Assembly: GCA_013214445.1 (NCBI GenBank)
Contig: JABSPG010000006.1
Coordinates: forward strand, 1-44,331
DNA from: Ekhidna sp.
GTDB lineage: Bacteria; Bacteroidota; Bacteroidia; Cytophagales; Cyclobacteriaceae
Direction: 5' to 3'
DNA length: 44,331 bases
Part shown: positions 15,902 to 25,049 of the stretch, piece by piece
Layout: every line of letters begins with the position of its first letter
How positions within the stretch are numbered: the stretch's first letter is position 1
The notes under the pieces: generated by a model
What the model was told of the DNA's origin: nothing
The model's database searches: none
What the model saw: only the letters and a program-made list of their open reading frames with translations
Program-made: the position numbers and the translations under genes

Positions 15902-16755
15902 TGATATCTGCACACCACACCACAACATCAAGGCCTAAGATAGCGCAGGGCTTCAACCTTAAGGATTATGCGGCTGACTCACCTGTTCACGCTTACTCCA
16001 TGAGGCGTATAAATAGTGATTACAGTGGCCACATAATTAAGCTAAGGAGGTCTAGTGATAACGATGAAAGAGATTTTGGGTCGGGCATATCGCTTGGCTC
16101 TTATGTTAGCTACAGCGATATAGATTCTTGGCTTGGTGGGGCAACAGCGTATATTGTTAAGTGGTACGACCAGTCAGGAAATGGGAGAGATTTAAGTAGG
16201 TCTACTGCGTCCCTACAGCCTACGCTATCCACCTCTGCTTTTGGCAGGGCTCCTTACTTTAATGTTGGGCCTCACCTATCATCAGACGTTGTCTCGGGTG
16301 GTTTATTATCGTCTGGGCCAGCAATGTCATTACACATAGCACTTGAGTCTAACTATAATTCATTCTCTTCTTTCTGGAGTTTTGCTACGAATCCTGCGGT
16401 TTCTGGTAATATCACATACGCTAGGGGTAACAGGTATGGGACAAATGTTAGGTTCGCTTGGCGGTCTGACACTGGATGTTCTGGTACTGGTTCAGCCCTT
16501 AATGGAAAGGAGTACTATTACGCACACCACGATGGGTCTAATATAATTGTCGACCAGAACGAAACACAAATAGACACAGCACCCAACACAAGCACGTTCA
16601 ACTCAGGCGCTGGGGTCCTTCACTTGGGTGCTGATAATGGGTCGCACAAGTGGCAAGGTTTTATCTACGAATTCATTATATTTGATAGCTCCCAGTCTAG
16701 CGCCAATTCAGATGCTATCAGGGGAGAGCTAAACACTGAATACTCACTTTACTGA
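15901..16755 (+). CDS. Receptor-binding/fibre-associated protein with a ConA/LamG-like (arabinofuranosidase-B-like) domain
   Basis: Motifs AYSMRRINSDYSG...LRRSSDNDERDF, VKWYDQSGNGRDL and WQGFIYEFIIFD. Confidence 0.65.
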   Translation: MISAHHTTTSRPKIAQGFNLKDYAADSPVHAYSMRRINSDYSGHIIKLRRSSDNDERDFGSGISLGSYVSYSDIDSWLGGATAYIVKWYDQSGNGRDLSRSTASLQPTLSTSAFGRAPYFNVGPHLSSDVVSGGLLSSGPAMSLHIALESNYNSFSSFWSFATNPAVSGNITYARGNRYGTNVRFAWRSDTGCSGTGSALNGKEYYYAHHDGSNIIVDQNETQIDTAPNTSTFNSGAGVLHLGADNGSHKWQGFIYEFIIFDSSQSSANSDAIRGELNTEYSLY

Positions 16756-17096
16756 TGGTTAAGATTATACAGCTATACAGGGAGGTTGATGCCATTAATA
16801 TACAATGGCTTGCAAACCGTATATCCACTATAGAGCAGAGATACCAGGAGGATGGCCAAATCAGTAACAACATAGCGGATTACTTTAAGCACCCTTCGAA
16901 GGATATATGGTTCTTTTATTTTGATGAGGTTTCACCCCATATGGGTGACATAGGGTCTGTAGTTATGGGGTTTCTCCTAGGTTCTTATGCCCCTACTGGG
17001 AACCCTATTGTCAACACAGAGGTACTACAAGTCATAGACATCACCGACGAAGAGGCATTAGAGTATAACCCGCCAGAACCAGAGGAAATAAAATGA
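16755..17096 (+). CDS. Hypothetical protein in the fibre module
   Basis: 113-aa ORF coupled to both neighbours. Confidence 0.7.
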   Translation: MVKIIQLYREVDAINIQWLANRISTIEQRYQEDGQISNNIADYFKHPSKDIWFFYFDEVSPHMGDIGSVVMGFLLGSYAPTGNPIVNTEVLQVIDITDEEALEYNPPEPEEIK

Positions 17097-17560
17097 TTAG
17101 TTTAGAGCTACTTAGGTTTTCATCAGGCACCGACTCAACGAGTGGTGCTTTGTTCTTAGTTAACGGGAGTGAAAGACAATTTATGTGCTACACCCTAGAG
17201 GATGAGCACAGGGATAAAAAGGTGATGCATGAGACAAGGATCCCTTCAGGGGTGTACAGTATAACCCTCAGAACCGTTGGTGGCTTTCATAACAGATATA
17301 AGTCAAGATACCCATTCCATAAAGGAATGCTTTGGTTAAGAGATGTCCCTAACTTCGAGTACATATTGATTCATTCTGGCAACAATGATGATCATACTTC
17401 TGGGTGTATAATAGTGGGTGATAACCAGAAAAACAATCAGGTTTTTCCTGACGGCTTTATTGGTTCGTCAAGGGTAGCTTATGCTCGAGTATACCAAGAA
17501 ATAATTGAGGCCATGGGTGACTCAAATCAAATCTCTATAAATATCATTGACTATGCGTAG
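17093..17560 (+). CDS. DUF5675-family protein, putative L,D-transpeptidase-like lysin
   Basis: Motifs CYTLED...ETRIPSGVY and ILIHSGN..DHTSGCIIVG (His/Cys motif as in the YkuD fold). Confidence 0.75.
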   Translation: MISLELLRFSSGTDSTSGALFLVNGSERQFMCYTLEDEHRDKKVMHETRIPSGVYSITLRTVGGFHNRYKSRYPFHKGMLWLRDVPNFEYILIHSGNNDDHTSGCIIVGDNQKNNQVFPDGFIGSSRVAYARVYQEIIEAMGDSNQISINIIDYA

Positions 17561-18164
17561 GTTCAACGTTTCTGGGTTAAAGACCCCTGTTATTATTATT
17601 TCTGTATGGTTGGTCATACTGTTATTGCTGATCTCCTCCTTACCTTCTTGTGGGAAGTTTAATGATGGGTATAACGACGACTCAAGCGTCATAAACCTAA
17701 GGTCGGGTTTGGCTATTAATAACATGTGTGACTGCGTTGACTCACTTAAAACACCCTACTGGGTAGAGACAAGGGTTGATGACTCACTGATCTCCAGTCA
17801 GGTGTACCTTCCAACAACACTTGATTACCTTAATTTCATACAGTCTTACGCTGACTCTTCTGCACAATGGTATGACTTCGATGGTAATGGGGTCGTTGGT
17901 TCGAATGACTTGACGATCGCTCTTTCTGGTTATGGTTACCACATGCCTAACCAGATAAACCTTTGTGACGTGTCGATATTATTCCAGAACTCTCATGGTT
18001 GGCAAGCCTCTTACCCAGGTGCTTACTTCACTATAGTGGGTCTTAGTTCTGAGGATGAGTCGGGACAGTCTGGGTCTGCGTGCCCTTTGAATACGTTCAG
18101 TATTGACCTTATATATGACCTTGGTGGAGGCAGTGACAGCACCATCACATACTGGTATCACTAA
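17553..18164 (+). CDS. Putative lipoprotein with a dockerin/EF-hand-like loop
   Basis: Basic N-terminus, hydrophobic stretch, lipobox-like LPSC, and DFDGNGVVGSNDL loop. Confidence 0.6.
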   Translation: MRRFNVSGLKTPVIIISVWLVILLLLISSLPSCGKFNDGYNDDSSVINLRSGLAINNMCDCVDSLKTPYWVETRVDDSLISSQVYLPTTLDYLNFIQSYADSSAQWYDFDGNGVVGSNDLTIALSGYGYHMPNQINLCDVSILFQNSHGWQASYPGAYFTIVGLSSEDESGQSGSACPLNTFSIDLIYDLGGGSDSTITYWYH

Positions 18165-18457
18165 TGAAGACAAACAGGATCAAGAACCTACTAAAGAAGA
18201 ACGGCCTCAAGGGCGTCAACAAACCAAAGAAGACGCCAAGCCACCCTACTAAGTCTCACGTCGTTCTAGCGAAGGAAGGGAGTAATGTTAAGCTTATAAG
18301 GTTTGGCGAGCAAGGAGCGAAGACGGCTGGGTCACCCAAGAGTGGCGAGTCGGATAGGATGAAGAAGAAGCGTGCTAGTTTCAAGGCTAGGCACCGAAAA
18401 AACATAAAGAAAGGGAAAATGAGTGCGGCCTACTGGGCTGATAAAACCAAGTGGTAG
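18164..18457 (+). CDS. Conserved basic phage protein (KRASFKARH...SAAYWA family)
   Basis: Motifs KSHVVLAK...LIRFGEQG and KRASFKARH...MSAAYWADKTKW. Confidence 0.75.
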   Translation: MKTNRIKNLLKKNGLKGVNKPKKTPSHPTKSHVVLAKEGSNVKLIRFGEQGAKTAGSPKSGESDRMKKKRASFKARHRKNIKKGKMSAAYWADKTKW

Positions 18458-18458
18458 G

Positions 18459-19025
18459 ATGGATGTTTCTGTGTTGGATAGTGTGGTTGTGCTTTACCTT
18501 GTGAAAGAAGCTGTCTCAGGTGTAAAGAAGTTCAGGGAGTACAGGAGAAAGAGGTTTGATTACGTTGTGCCTAGGACTGAGACGGTTTACGAGGAGATGA
18601 ACGCCTTAATGAATGACGTGGATGCTGGTAGGGTTTTGCTGCTTAAAGCTCATAATGGTGGTGACAGGCCAGCCCTCGGTAAAAGGCTTTACTCTTCAGC
18701 TATATATGAGGTTTACAACAAGGGGGTTGAGTCGATGAAGCACAGCTGGCAAGGCCAAGAGCTTGACGAATCATACATTAAGATGCTTGTTGGTATTATA
18801 GGGACTGATCAGGTCGTGCTAGACTTAGGCAAGATGGAGGAGGGTATGCTAAAGAAGCTCTACTTCACTAGTGGTGTGTATAAGTCCGTTGTTGTTAAAA
18901 TAGCTATAGATGACAAGGACATGTATTACATGAGCATCAATTTTAATAAGCCGATTGAGATTGACGCGGTAATTGAGGAGAAGATAAGGGGCAGGGTTAA
19001 TAAGATACGTAGGCAATGGGCGTAG
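18459..19025 (+). CDS. Protein with an N-terminal hydrophobic helix and a probable GAF-like domain
   Basis: Likely start is ATG 18459. The pattern DAGRVLLLKAHNGG...SAIYEV resembles GAF-like domains. Confidence 0.55.
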   Translation: MDVSVLDSVVVLYLVKEAVSGVKKFREYRRKRFDYVVPRTETVYEEMNALMNDVDAGRVLLLKAHNGGDRPALGKRLYSSAIYEVYNKGVESMKHSWQGQELDESYIKMLVGIIGTDQVVLDLGKMEEGMLKKLYFTSGVYKSVVVKIAIDDKDMYYMSINFNKPIEIDAVIEEKIRGRVNKIRRQWA

Positions 19026-19071
19026 GTCACTACACGTGTGAACCCCCAAGGTATTAGTAACCTTTATTATT

Positions 19072-19079
19072 TATCTTTG
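19072..19079 (+). promoter_or_regulatory. TAnnTTTG -7 promoter element for the capsid operon
   Basis: TATCTTTG in an intergenic gap. Confidence 0.6.
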
Positions 19080-19110
19080 CATTAAGTATTCTTGCATAAC
19101 AATCGTATAG

Positions 19111-19506
19111 ATGGCAAACATAACCACAGAAATTCGAATCAATAGTTCAGACCTTACGACTGATACTATTAGCTTGTCGGCTACCTCGACATTAACGAAG
19201 GCTGGTACAACGACAGGTCTTTCTGAGACTTCGGGTATTGGTCGCCGTACAACAACCGCTACGTCGCAGGTCACACTATTCGCTGCAGCGGATTACACTG
19301 ATGATAAGGCGCATAAGATATACCTTAAAAACACCTCGTCAACAGCAACTGAGTATTACCTATTAACCATTGGTACGCAGGCGGTAGGTCGTATTTACGC
19401 TGGGGACGCGGTGATGATCCCTTGGGATGGCACAGCAGACTTTAAGTTCACCCCTAGCGTTTCCACATCGATGACGCTAGAGTTCGCACTATTCTACGAG
19501 GCGTAA
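19111..19506 (+). CDS. Virion structural protein (beta-sandwich)
   Basis: Thr/Ser-rich, paralogous to the next ORF, located upstream of scaffold and MCP. Confidence 0.65.
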   Translation: MANITTEIRINSSDLTTDTISLSATSTLTKAGTTTGLSETSGIGRRTTTATSQVTLFAAADYTDDKAHKIYLKNTSSTATEYYLLTIGTQAVGRIYAGDAVMIPWDGTADFKFTPSVSTSMTLEFALFYEA

Positions 19507-19904
19507 TGGGCACACTAAGGGCACGCCTACAACTAACCTCTGATGACACGTTCTCATCATCTATTGACCTAGACTTATTATCGTCTATCAATATTGATGG
19601 TGGGTCGATCAACAAGGCTAAGGTCGCTGCCGTGGCCGCTGGTTCGTCAGCCATGGTCGTGTACAAGGCCAGTGATAAGCTGAGTGCTTACCTGTATATC
19701 AAAAACCTTGACGCAGAGAAAGAGAACTATGTTTACGTTTACAATGACGCGAACGACGACCTAGCCCTGAAGGTAGGGGGAGGGGAGTTTGCCTTCATGC
19801 CGATCCCTAACGACCAAGACTTCAAGGTGTATGGGACGAAGGTAGACCAATTGATTGAGTATGGGGTACTAGGGCTTGACAGCTCTTCGGTATCGCTAGC
19901 ATAA
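19506..19904 (+). CDS. Virion structural protein (beta-sandwich)
   Basis: YLYIKN and GEFAFMP motifs are shared with the previous ORF. Confidence 0.65.
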   Translation: MGTLRARLQLTSDDTFSSSIDLDLLSSINIDGGSINKAKVAAVAAGSSAMVVYKASDKLSAYLYIKNLDAEKENYVYVYNDANDDLALKVGGGEFAFMPIPNDQDFKVYGTKVDQLIEYGVLGLDSSSVSLA

Positions 19905-19923
19905 TAACTAAAAGTAAAATACA

Positions 19924-21003
19924 ATGGCACTAAAGACATACGATAGCACTGAGGAGCTAATCAAGGCTCAAGAAGAGACAGCAACCGCTGGGACAGAGGA
20001 AGCGACAACCGTGGAGACAACCCAGACGGAACAAAATAATGAGGCACCAGAGGAAGAGACTGGTGCGACAGTTGACACAGTTGTTAATGATGAGGTAGTG
20101 GCTGAGGAAACCACTGCGAGTGAAACAACCGTAGAGACTGTTACTGATAATGTTGAGTTGACAGATGAGACTGTACTGAATTTCCTGCGTGAGAAGCACG
20201 GGTATGAAGGGGACGGCTTTGAGTCATTAACAGCGAAGCCTAGTCAGGTAAGTGAATCACTGAAGCCAATTCAGGAGTTCATTGAAGAGACTGGGAGGAG
20301 TGTTGAGGATTACTTCACGCTACAGGGTTTAAACACAGAGGGGATGGACGACCTGCAGGCAGTACGTGTGCAGATCGCCTTAGACAATCCAGGACTAACG
20401 GGGGAAGAGATTGACTTCATGGTCTCTAGGAAGTACCCAATGGATGAGGACTCAAACAGCGAGGATGATATCAAGCACTCAAAACTGAGTTTAAAGCTTG
20501 ACGCCAAGGCCGCAAGGGATGCGATCGAAGGTATTAGGTCGAAGATCAAGACACCAGTGGAGAGAACCACTGAGGAGACTGGTCCTAAGTCCATAACACC
20601 TGAGGGATGGTCCGAAGCGGTGAACGCGAACGCCAAAGAGATTGATGGGTTGACCTTCAACCTTAATGGCGAGGACTTCACGTTCTCCTTGGGTGACGAC
20701 TATATTAACGAGTTACAAGCTAAGAACTCAAACCTGGAGGGTTACTTTGATTCATACAAGGATCAATCGGGTAACTGGAACTATGACAAGTTCAACTCTC
20801 ACAGGGCGCTAGTTGATAACATCGATGCTATTGTTTCCGAGGTATACAAGCAGGGTATTTCTGCAGGACAGAAGACAGTAGTTGAGACAGCATCCAGGGT
20901 AGAAGACAAGGGTCAAACCCAACAAACGGCGTCAAGTGAGGGTAATCTAACCCAACAATTGAAAGAGATTGTGAGTGGTTCTTCAGGCGGAATGGTTTTT
21001 TAA
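19924..21003 (+). CDS. Probable capsid scaffolding protein
   Basis: Acidic, low-complexity E/T-rich N-terminus, helical, immediately before the MCP. Confidence 0.65.
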   Translation: MALKTYDSTEELIKAQEETATAGTEEATTVETTQTEQNNEAPEEETGATVDTVVNDEVVAEETTASETTVETVTDNVELTDETVLNFLREKHGYEGDGFESLTAKPSQVSESLKPIQEFIEETGRSVEDYFTLQGLNTEGMDDLQAVRVQIALDNPGLTGEEIDFMVSRKYPMDEDSNSEDDIKHSKLSLKLDAKAARDAIEGIRSKIKTPVERTTEETGPKSITPEGWSEAVNANAKEIDGLTFNLNGEDFTFSLGDDYINELQAKNSNLEGYFDSYKDQSGNWNYDKFNSHRALVDNIDAIVSEVYKQGISAGQKTVVETASRVEDKGQTQQTASSEGNLTQQLKEIVSGSSGGMVF

Positions 21004-21028
21004 ATAACGCCTAAATAATAATTATCAA

Positions 21029-22363
21029 ATGGCAACAGTAACAGGACCTGGGGTTGGTACGTCACCAACGATTACCACTTCCCCAGATAAGTACACTACT
21101 GTAGGTACATTGCTTGAGTACAACAAGGAGGACAACCGAGACGAACTCATCAAGACCTACGGTGATCAAGGGATCACAGGATTCCTTAAAATGACAGGTT
21201 CCGTAAAGAAGGGCGGAACAGCTGACCATGTTCAGTACTGGGAGGAGCAGCGCCGTCACCAGACGGTTGTTTGTGGTGCGAACGATGGGGCCACAGGAGG
21301 TACGGTTAACCTCACTGCGGTACTATCTGAGATCAAGGCTCAGGATGTAGTTATGAACGCTGAGTCTGGAGAGATCTTCATCTGTACTACGGATGGTGAT
21401 GTATTCAGCCGACTCGACGGTTCCACATCTAACGTGGCTTGGGGCGCTACAGACAAGTTGATCATCCTAGGTAACATGTACGACCAAGGAACAGACCAGC
21501 CATCACACTTTGTTAAGACTGCACCAACACTTCGTAAGAACCCTTACATGATTGTTAAGGACATCTACAAGGTGAATGGATCTCAGGCAACGAACATTGG
21601 ATGGGTTGACTGTGGTGGTGGTGAGTACCGCTGGTTCTACCATGGTGAGCGAGAGACAGACCTTCGTTTCGAGGACAAGCGTGAGATGATGATGTTGTTC
21701 GGTCAGAAGTCTGATGACGGAGACACAATCGCATCTGAACCAGGTGGTGTGGCAGGATCTGAAGGATACTTTTCAGCCGTTGAGGACCGAGGTATCGTTG
21801 TTTCTGCAGCATCAGCAAACCCGATTGACTCTATCGCAGAGATTGACTCGTTGATCCTTGAGCTTGACAAGCAGGGTGCGCCATCGGAGTACGCAATGTA
21901 CTTGCAACGTGCACAGGAGCTGAAGATTGATGACATGCTTGCTTCTGGTCTATCGACTAGCTTGCAGACAGGTCTCCCAGGACAGTTCGGTGCCTTCAAC
22001 AACGACAAGGACTTGGCAGTGAACCTAGGGTTCAAGTCATTCACTCGTGGTGGTTACACGTTCCACAAGCACTCATGGAAGCTTCTTAATGACCCTACGT
22101 TGTTAGGTGCGTCAAGCAAGTTCATCGGGGCTATGGTTCCAATGACTCAGGTTGTTGATCCAGTATCAGGTGCTCGTGCCTACTCGTTAGAGATGAACTA
22201 CAAGGAAGCTGGTGGACAGTCTCGTGAGAAGATCCACTGGGTTACTGGTGGTCCTATGGCTTCTAACGTGACAGGTACTGAGGATAACATCCAGTTCAAC
22301 TACCTATCTGAAATCTGTCTAGTAACTCGCGCAGCGAACCAACACGTTGTAATCAAAGGATAA
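21029..22363 (+). CDS. Major capsid protein
   Basis: 444 aa with crAss-like MCP motifs (YWEEQRRH, VNGSQATNIGWV, RFEDKREMMMLFG, GSEGYFSAVEDRG, LGFKSF.RGGYTFHK, YLSEICL...AAN). Confidence 0.88.
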   Translation: MATVTGPGVGTSPTITTSPDKYTTVGTLLEYNKEDNRDELIKTYGDQGITGFLKMTGSVKKGGTADHVQYWEEQRRHQTVVCGANDGATGGTVNLTAVLSEIKAQDVVMNAESGEIFICTTDGDVFSRLDGSTSNVAWGATDKLIILGNMYDQGTDQPSHFVKTAPTLRKNPYMIVKDIYKVNGSQATNIGWVDCGGGEYRWFYHGERETDLRFEDKREMMMLFGQKSDDGDTIASEPGGVAGSEGYFSAVEDRGIVVSAASANPIDSIAEIDSLILELDKQGAPSEYAMYLQRAQELKIDDMLASGLSTSLQTGLPGQFGAFNNDKDLAVNLGFKSFTRGGYTFHKHSWKLLNDPTLLGASSKFIGAMVPMTQVVDPVSGARAYSLEMNYKEAGGQSREKIHWVTGGPMASNVTGTEDNIQFNYLSEICLVTRAANQHVVIKG

Positions 22364-22367
22364 GAGC

Positions 22368-22688
22368 ATGGAGAGGTTTATGATTTTCGTTGATGCTGCG
22401 GATGACGCAGCGATGTTCCCAGTTAGTAACCTGCAGTCTGTGACTTGTTTTGGTGACGGGGTAGTGGTTGTTAAGTTTGCGCCAGGATCCTTGGGTGACG
22501 GCCAAGCGGCTAGCATTGACTCAGTAACATTAACGGTAAGTGCAGACTCAGAGAAGGCTGTTATGCAGTCTATCGCTGACGCAGTAAGCAAGGGGTATAA
22601 TACTCCATCAGTGGTTATAGCTGATGACGTTGCTTCAGAGTACGTTGATTCAAACATCACCGCGTGTGATATCACGGTTGATGCATAA
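22368..22688 (+). CDS. Probable capsid decoration/auxiliary protein
   Basis: Co-transcribed with the MCP and followed by a terminator. Confidence 0.55.
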   Translation: MERFMIFVDAADDAAMFPVSNLQSVTCFGDGVVVVKFAPGSLGDGQAASIDSVTLTVSADSEKAVMQSIADAVSKGYNTPSVVIADDVASEYVDSNITACDITVDA

Positions 22689-22696
22689 TAATAATT

Positions 22697-22730
22697 AAAT
22701 GGTGGGGGCTTCGGTCCCCACTATTTATCT
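22697..22730 (+). terminator. Rho-independent terminator after the capsid genes
   Basis: AAATGGTGGGGGC-TTCG-GTCCCCACTATTT hairpin with a UUCG loop followed by a T-rich tract. Confidence 0.75.
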
Positions 22731-22745
22731 TCTTAATTAATTACA

Positions 22746-23996
22746 GTGGAGAAGTTTTTCTTATTCATTAAAGAAGGGGTCAGTAACTCAAGCCAAGAGA
22801 GCTCGAATACTGGCTTTGGTATTTCTGCTGTATCTATCCCTATGAGGCAATTGGTTTACATGGTGCCATCTTACGGGAAGGTGACCCTTTTCTTCAAGGA
22901 TGTTAATACCTACGATGATAACCACCTGAACAATGGGGAGTCAATACAGAAGACAAGGGTTGATATTTTAGCTGATTACGGCAAGGAGGTAGATCTAATG
23001 TCATCTATAACCAACATGTCAGTCAACAACAAGGAGTCAGTGGTGAGTATTGACGCCGTAAATAATGAGTCAACCGTCTCTAACGTTAGGTTCTCAGGCC
23101 CAGACACCATACTCATTAAGGTTATTAAGCACCCTATCAATAGGGAGACAGGGAAGGTTAGTAGGATAACTGATAGCTCATTCACGGCCAAGGATACTTC
23201 CATACAAGGGCTTGACTTTGGTTCGTCGCTAAACATACCGCTAGCGGACTACAACCATGCAGGACTATCATCTTACGCTAACGGAGCAACCATTACATCC
23301 TGGGCTAATGATGCAGGCGCCACTGGCGGAGCTTCTTACGATATTTCATCACTCACTGGTACCCCGTCATGCTTAATAGGGTCAACCACTGGGTTCAAGG
23401 AGGATCTCAAGGCTTGCTACTTTGCTGCTAATGAGAACTTCAAGGGTATCCCTATTGACATTCAGGGCGACTACACGATGTATATGTGTGTGGGCAGGGG
23501 AACAACGCCTTACGCGCACCTTTTCGGGGATGGTAATGATGAGACCTATGGTTTCGCTCCAGTGAGTAGGCCAAGGCACACGTTCGCTATCAGGCATGCA
23601 GGCGCCAAAGGTAACCCAGCAATTGGTTCATCTAATAACACTGATGACTCCACAAGCTCGTATGAGTTCCCTGATGGGACAAGCTTAGAGCAGTCTTGCT
23701 ACGTGTTCGTTGTAAGGAGGGACATTGATAACAACATTTACTTCTACAATCACTTAGGGGAGTTGGTCTCTTTCATACCTAGGAAGGATGGGGTGACAAA
23801 CCCTAACATATCTACCTCAACAAGTGGGCGAACGGATGGTAACCTTAATGTGACCATCCTCGGCGCAAGCGGAGGCTCAACATCTAATAACTCATACGTC
23901 GGTACGATAATCAGGTTTGGGGTCATAGAGAGGGATGTGGGTCATGAGACGGCATCTGATATTGCTAAAAATATTTACGATATTTACAAACCATAA
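22746..23996 (+). CDS. Probable head fibre/decoration protein with a C-terminal LamG/ConA-like domain
   Basis: The N-terminus resembles 22368-22688. The C-terminus has ITSWAND...YTMYMCV...YVGTIIRFGVIERD. Confidence 0.55.
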   Translation: MEKFFLFIKEGVSNSSQESSNTGFGISAVSIPMRQLVYMVPSYGKVTLFFKDVNTYDDNHLNNGESIQKTRVDILADYGKEVDLMSSITNMSVNNKESVVSIDAVNNESTVSNVRFSGPDTILIKVIKHPINRETGKVSRITDSSFTAKDTSIQGLDFGSSLNIPLADYNHAGLSSYANGATITSWANDAGATGGASYDISSLTGTPSCLIGSTTGFKEDLKACYFAANENFKGIPIDIQGDYTMYMCVGRGTTPYAHLFGDGNDETYGFAPVSRPRHTFAIRHAGAKGNPAIGSSNNTDDSTSSYEFPDGTSLEQSCYVFVVRRDIDNNIYFYNHLGELVSFIPRKDGVTNPNISTSTSGRTDGNLNVTILGASGGSTSNNSYVGTIIRFGVIERDVGHETASDIAKNIYDIYKP

Positions 23997-24007
23997 TATA
24001 ATATAAA

Positions 24008-24733
24008 ATGAGTAGTACATCAAGGGAAGCTGGGAAGCTTTATAAACTATCTGGTAAGGGGGGTGTTGCGTGCATGATCCCTACTAAAGAAATCATCGTC
24101 GAGGAAGAAGGTAAGGTTCGAAAGCTCCGTTACTGTAAGTCGGTGAACTCTATCTACGAGGAGGAGCAGGGTGACGCCGCTGTACACACACCTATCGTAT
24201 TCAGGGAAGGGCAGTTGCTTGTTGGTACACACCAACCCAACCTCATCAACTTCTTATCTAAGCACCCAGGGAATAGATCGAACGGCGGGTCATTATTCTA
24301 TGAGGTGAACAAGAGGAAGGAAGCTGAGGACAGCCTATCTTACGACCTTGAGGTTAATGATGCGATCACTAGGATCCGTAAGCTGGAGCACGTGGAGTTG
24401 ATCCCTATCGCCAACTTCTACGGTCTTGACACTGAGTCATCGAAGGAGGAGTTGCAGTTCGCTTTGGTCACACAAGCTAAGAAGAACCCTAGTAAGTTCA
24501 TCGAGGCCTTTGATAGCCCAGACGTGGAGACAAGGTCTTTACTAATCATGGCGGAGAAGATGCAATTGATTCGTGTTCAGGATGGTGACCGTGGTGGCGT
24601 ATGGTGGTTTGATAACGACCAGATCATCGTCAACGGTATACCTGGGCGTAAGTCTATTGATATACTAACAGACTACTGCATGACGACGCAAGGCCAACCG
24701 ACACTAGAGAAGATTAGAGAGGAGTTGGATTAA
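24008..24733 (+). CDS. Conserved hypothetical (probable virion) protein
   Basis: 241 aa with LRYCK...IVFREGQLLV...FLSKHP motifs, located between the head and tail genes. Confidence 0.7.
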   Translation: MSSTSREAGKLYKLSGKGGVACMIPTKEIIVEEEGKVRKLRYCKSVNSIYEEEQGDAAVHTPIVFREGQLLVGTHQPNLINFLSKHPGNRSNGGSLFYEVNKRKEAEDSLSYDLEVNDAITRIRKLEHVELIPIANFYGLDTESSKEELQFALVTQAKKNPSKFIEAFDSPDVETRSLLIMAEKMQLIRVQDGDRGGVWWFDNDQIIVNGIPGRKSIDILTDYCMTTQGQPTLEKIREELD

Positions 24734-24758
24734 TAATGCGTTAAAGTATGTTAATACT

Positions 24759-24788
24759 CAAGGGGTCTTTTGGCCCTTTGTTTTTTTT
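24759..24788 (+). terminator. Rho-independent terminator
   Basis: CAAGGGGTC-TTTT-GGCCCTTTG followed by T8. Confidence 0.75.
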
Positions 24789-24820
24789 ATATAATATTGT
24801 GCCCTAATCTTGACAATGAC

Positions 24821-25035
24821 TGCTAACGGTTTGGCTAACGAGCAAGTATATGAACTTTTAAAAATAACATTATGAACGAAAAATATAGAGTAGCTTGGTA
24901 CATTGATAGCACCTACCAAGTATTAGATAGAGAAACAGATGAACAATTATATCAAGGTAGCTTGTCAGATTGCGAGGCTTGGATTAGACTGCAAGAAGGT
25001 GGTTATTTTTAATTGTTTATATACAATGTTGTATG
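24821..25035. repeat. attC-like site C with a gene-containing loop (arms only partly matched)
   Basis: TGCTAAC-GGTTT-GGCTAACGAGCAA ... TTGTTTATATAC-AAT-GTTGTATG. Confidence 0.45.
24872..25012 (+). CDS. 46-aa hypothetical protein (MNEKYRVAWYIDSTYQVLDRETDEQLYQGSLSDCEAWIRLQEGGYF)
   Basis: Translated by hand, with an A-rich leader. It lies inside the loop of site C. Confidence 0.7.
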   Translation: MNEKYRVAWYIDSTYQVLDRETDEQLYQGSLSDCEAWIRLQEGGYF

Positions 25036-25049
25036 TCTTTTTTAATTGC

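Noticed and set aside
14315-16755. Diversity-generating retroelement acting on the tail fibre
   Set aside because: No reverse transcriptase and no template/variable repeat pair was noticed in the window.
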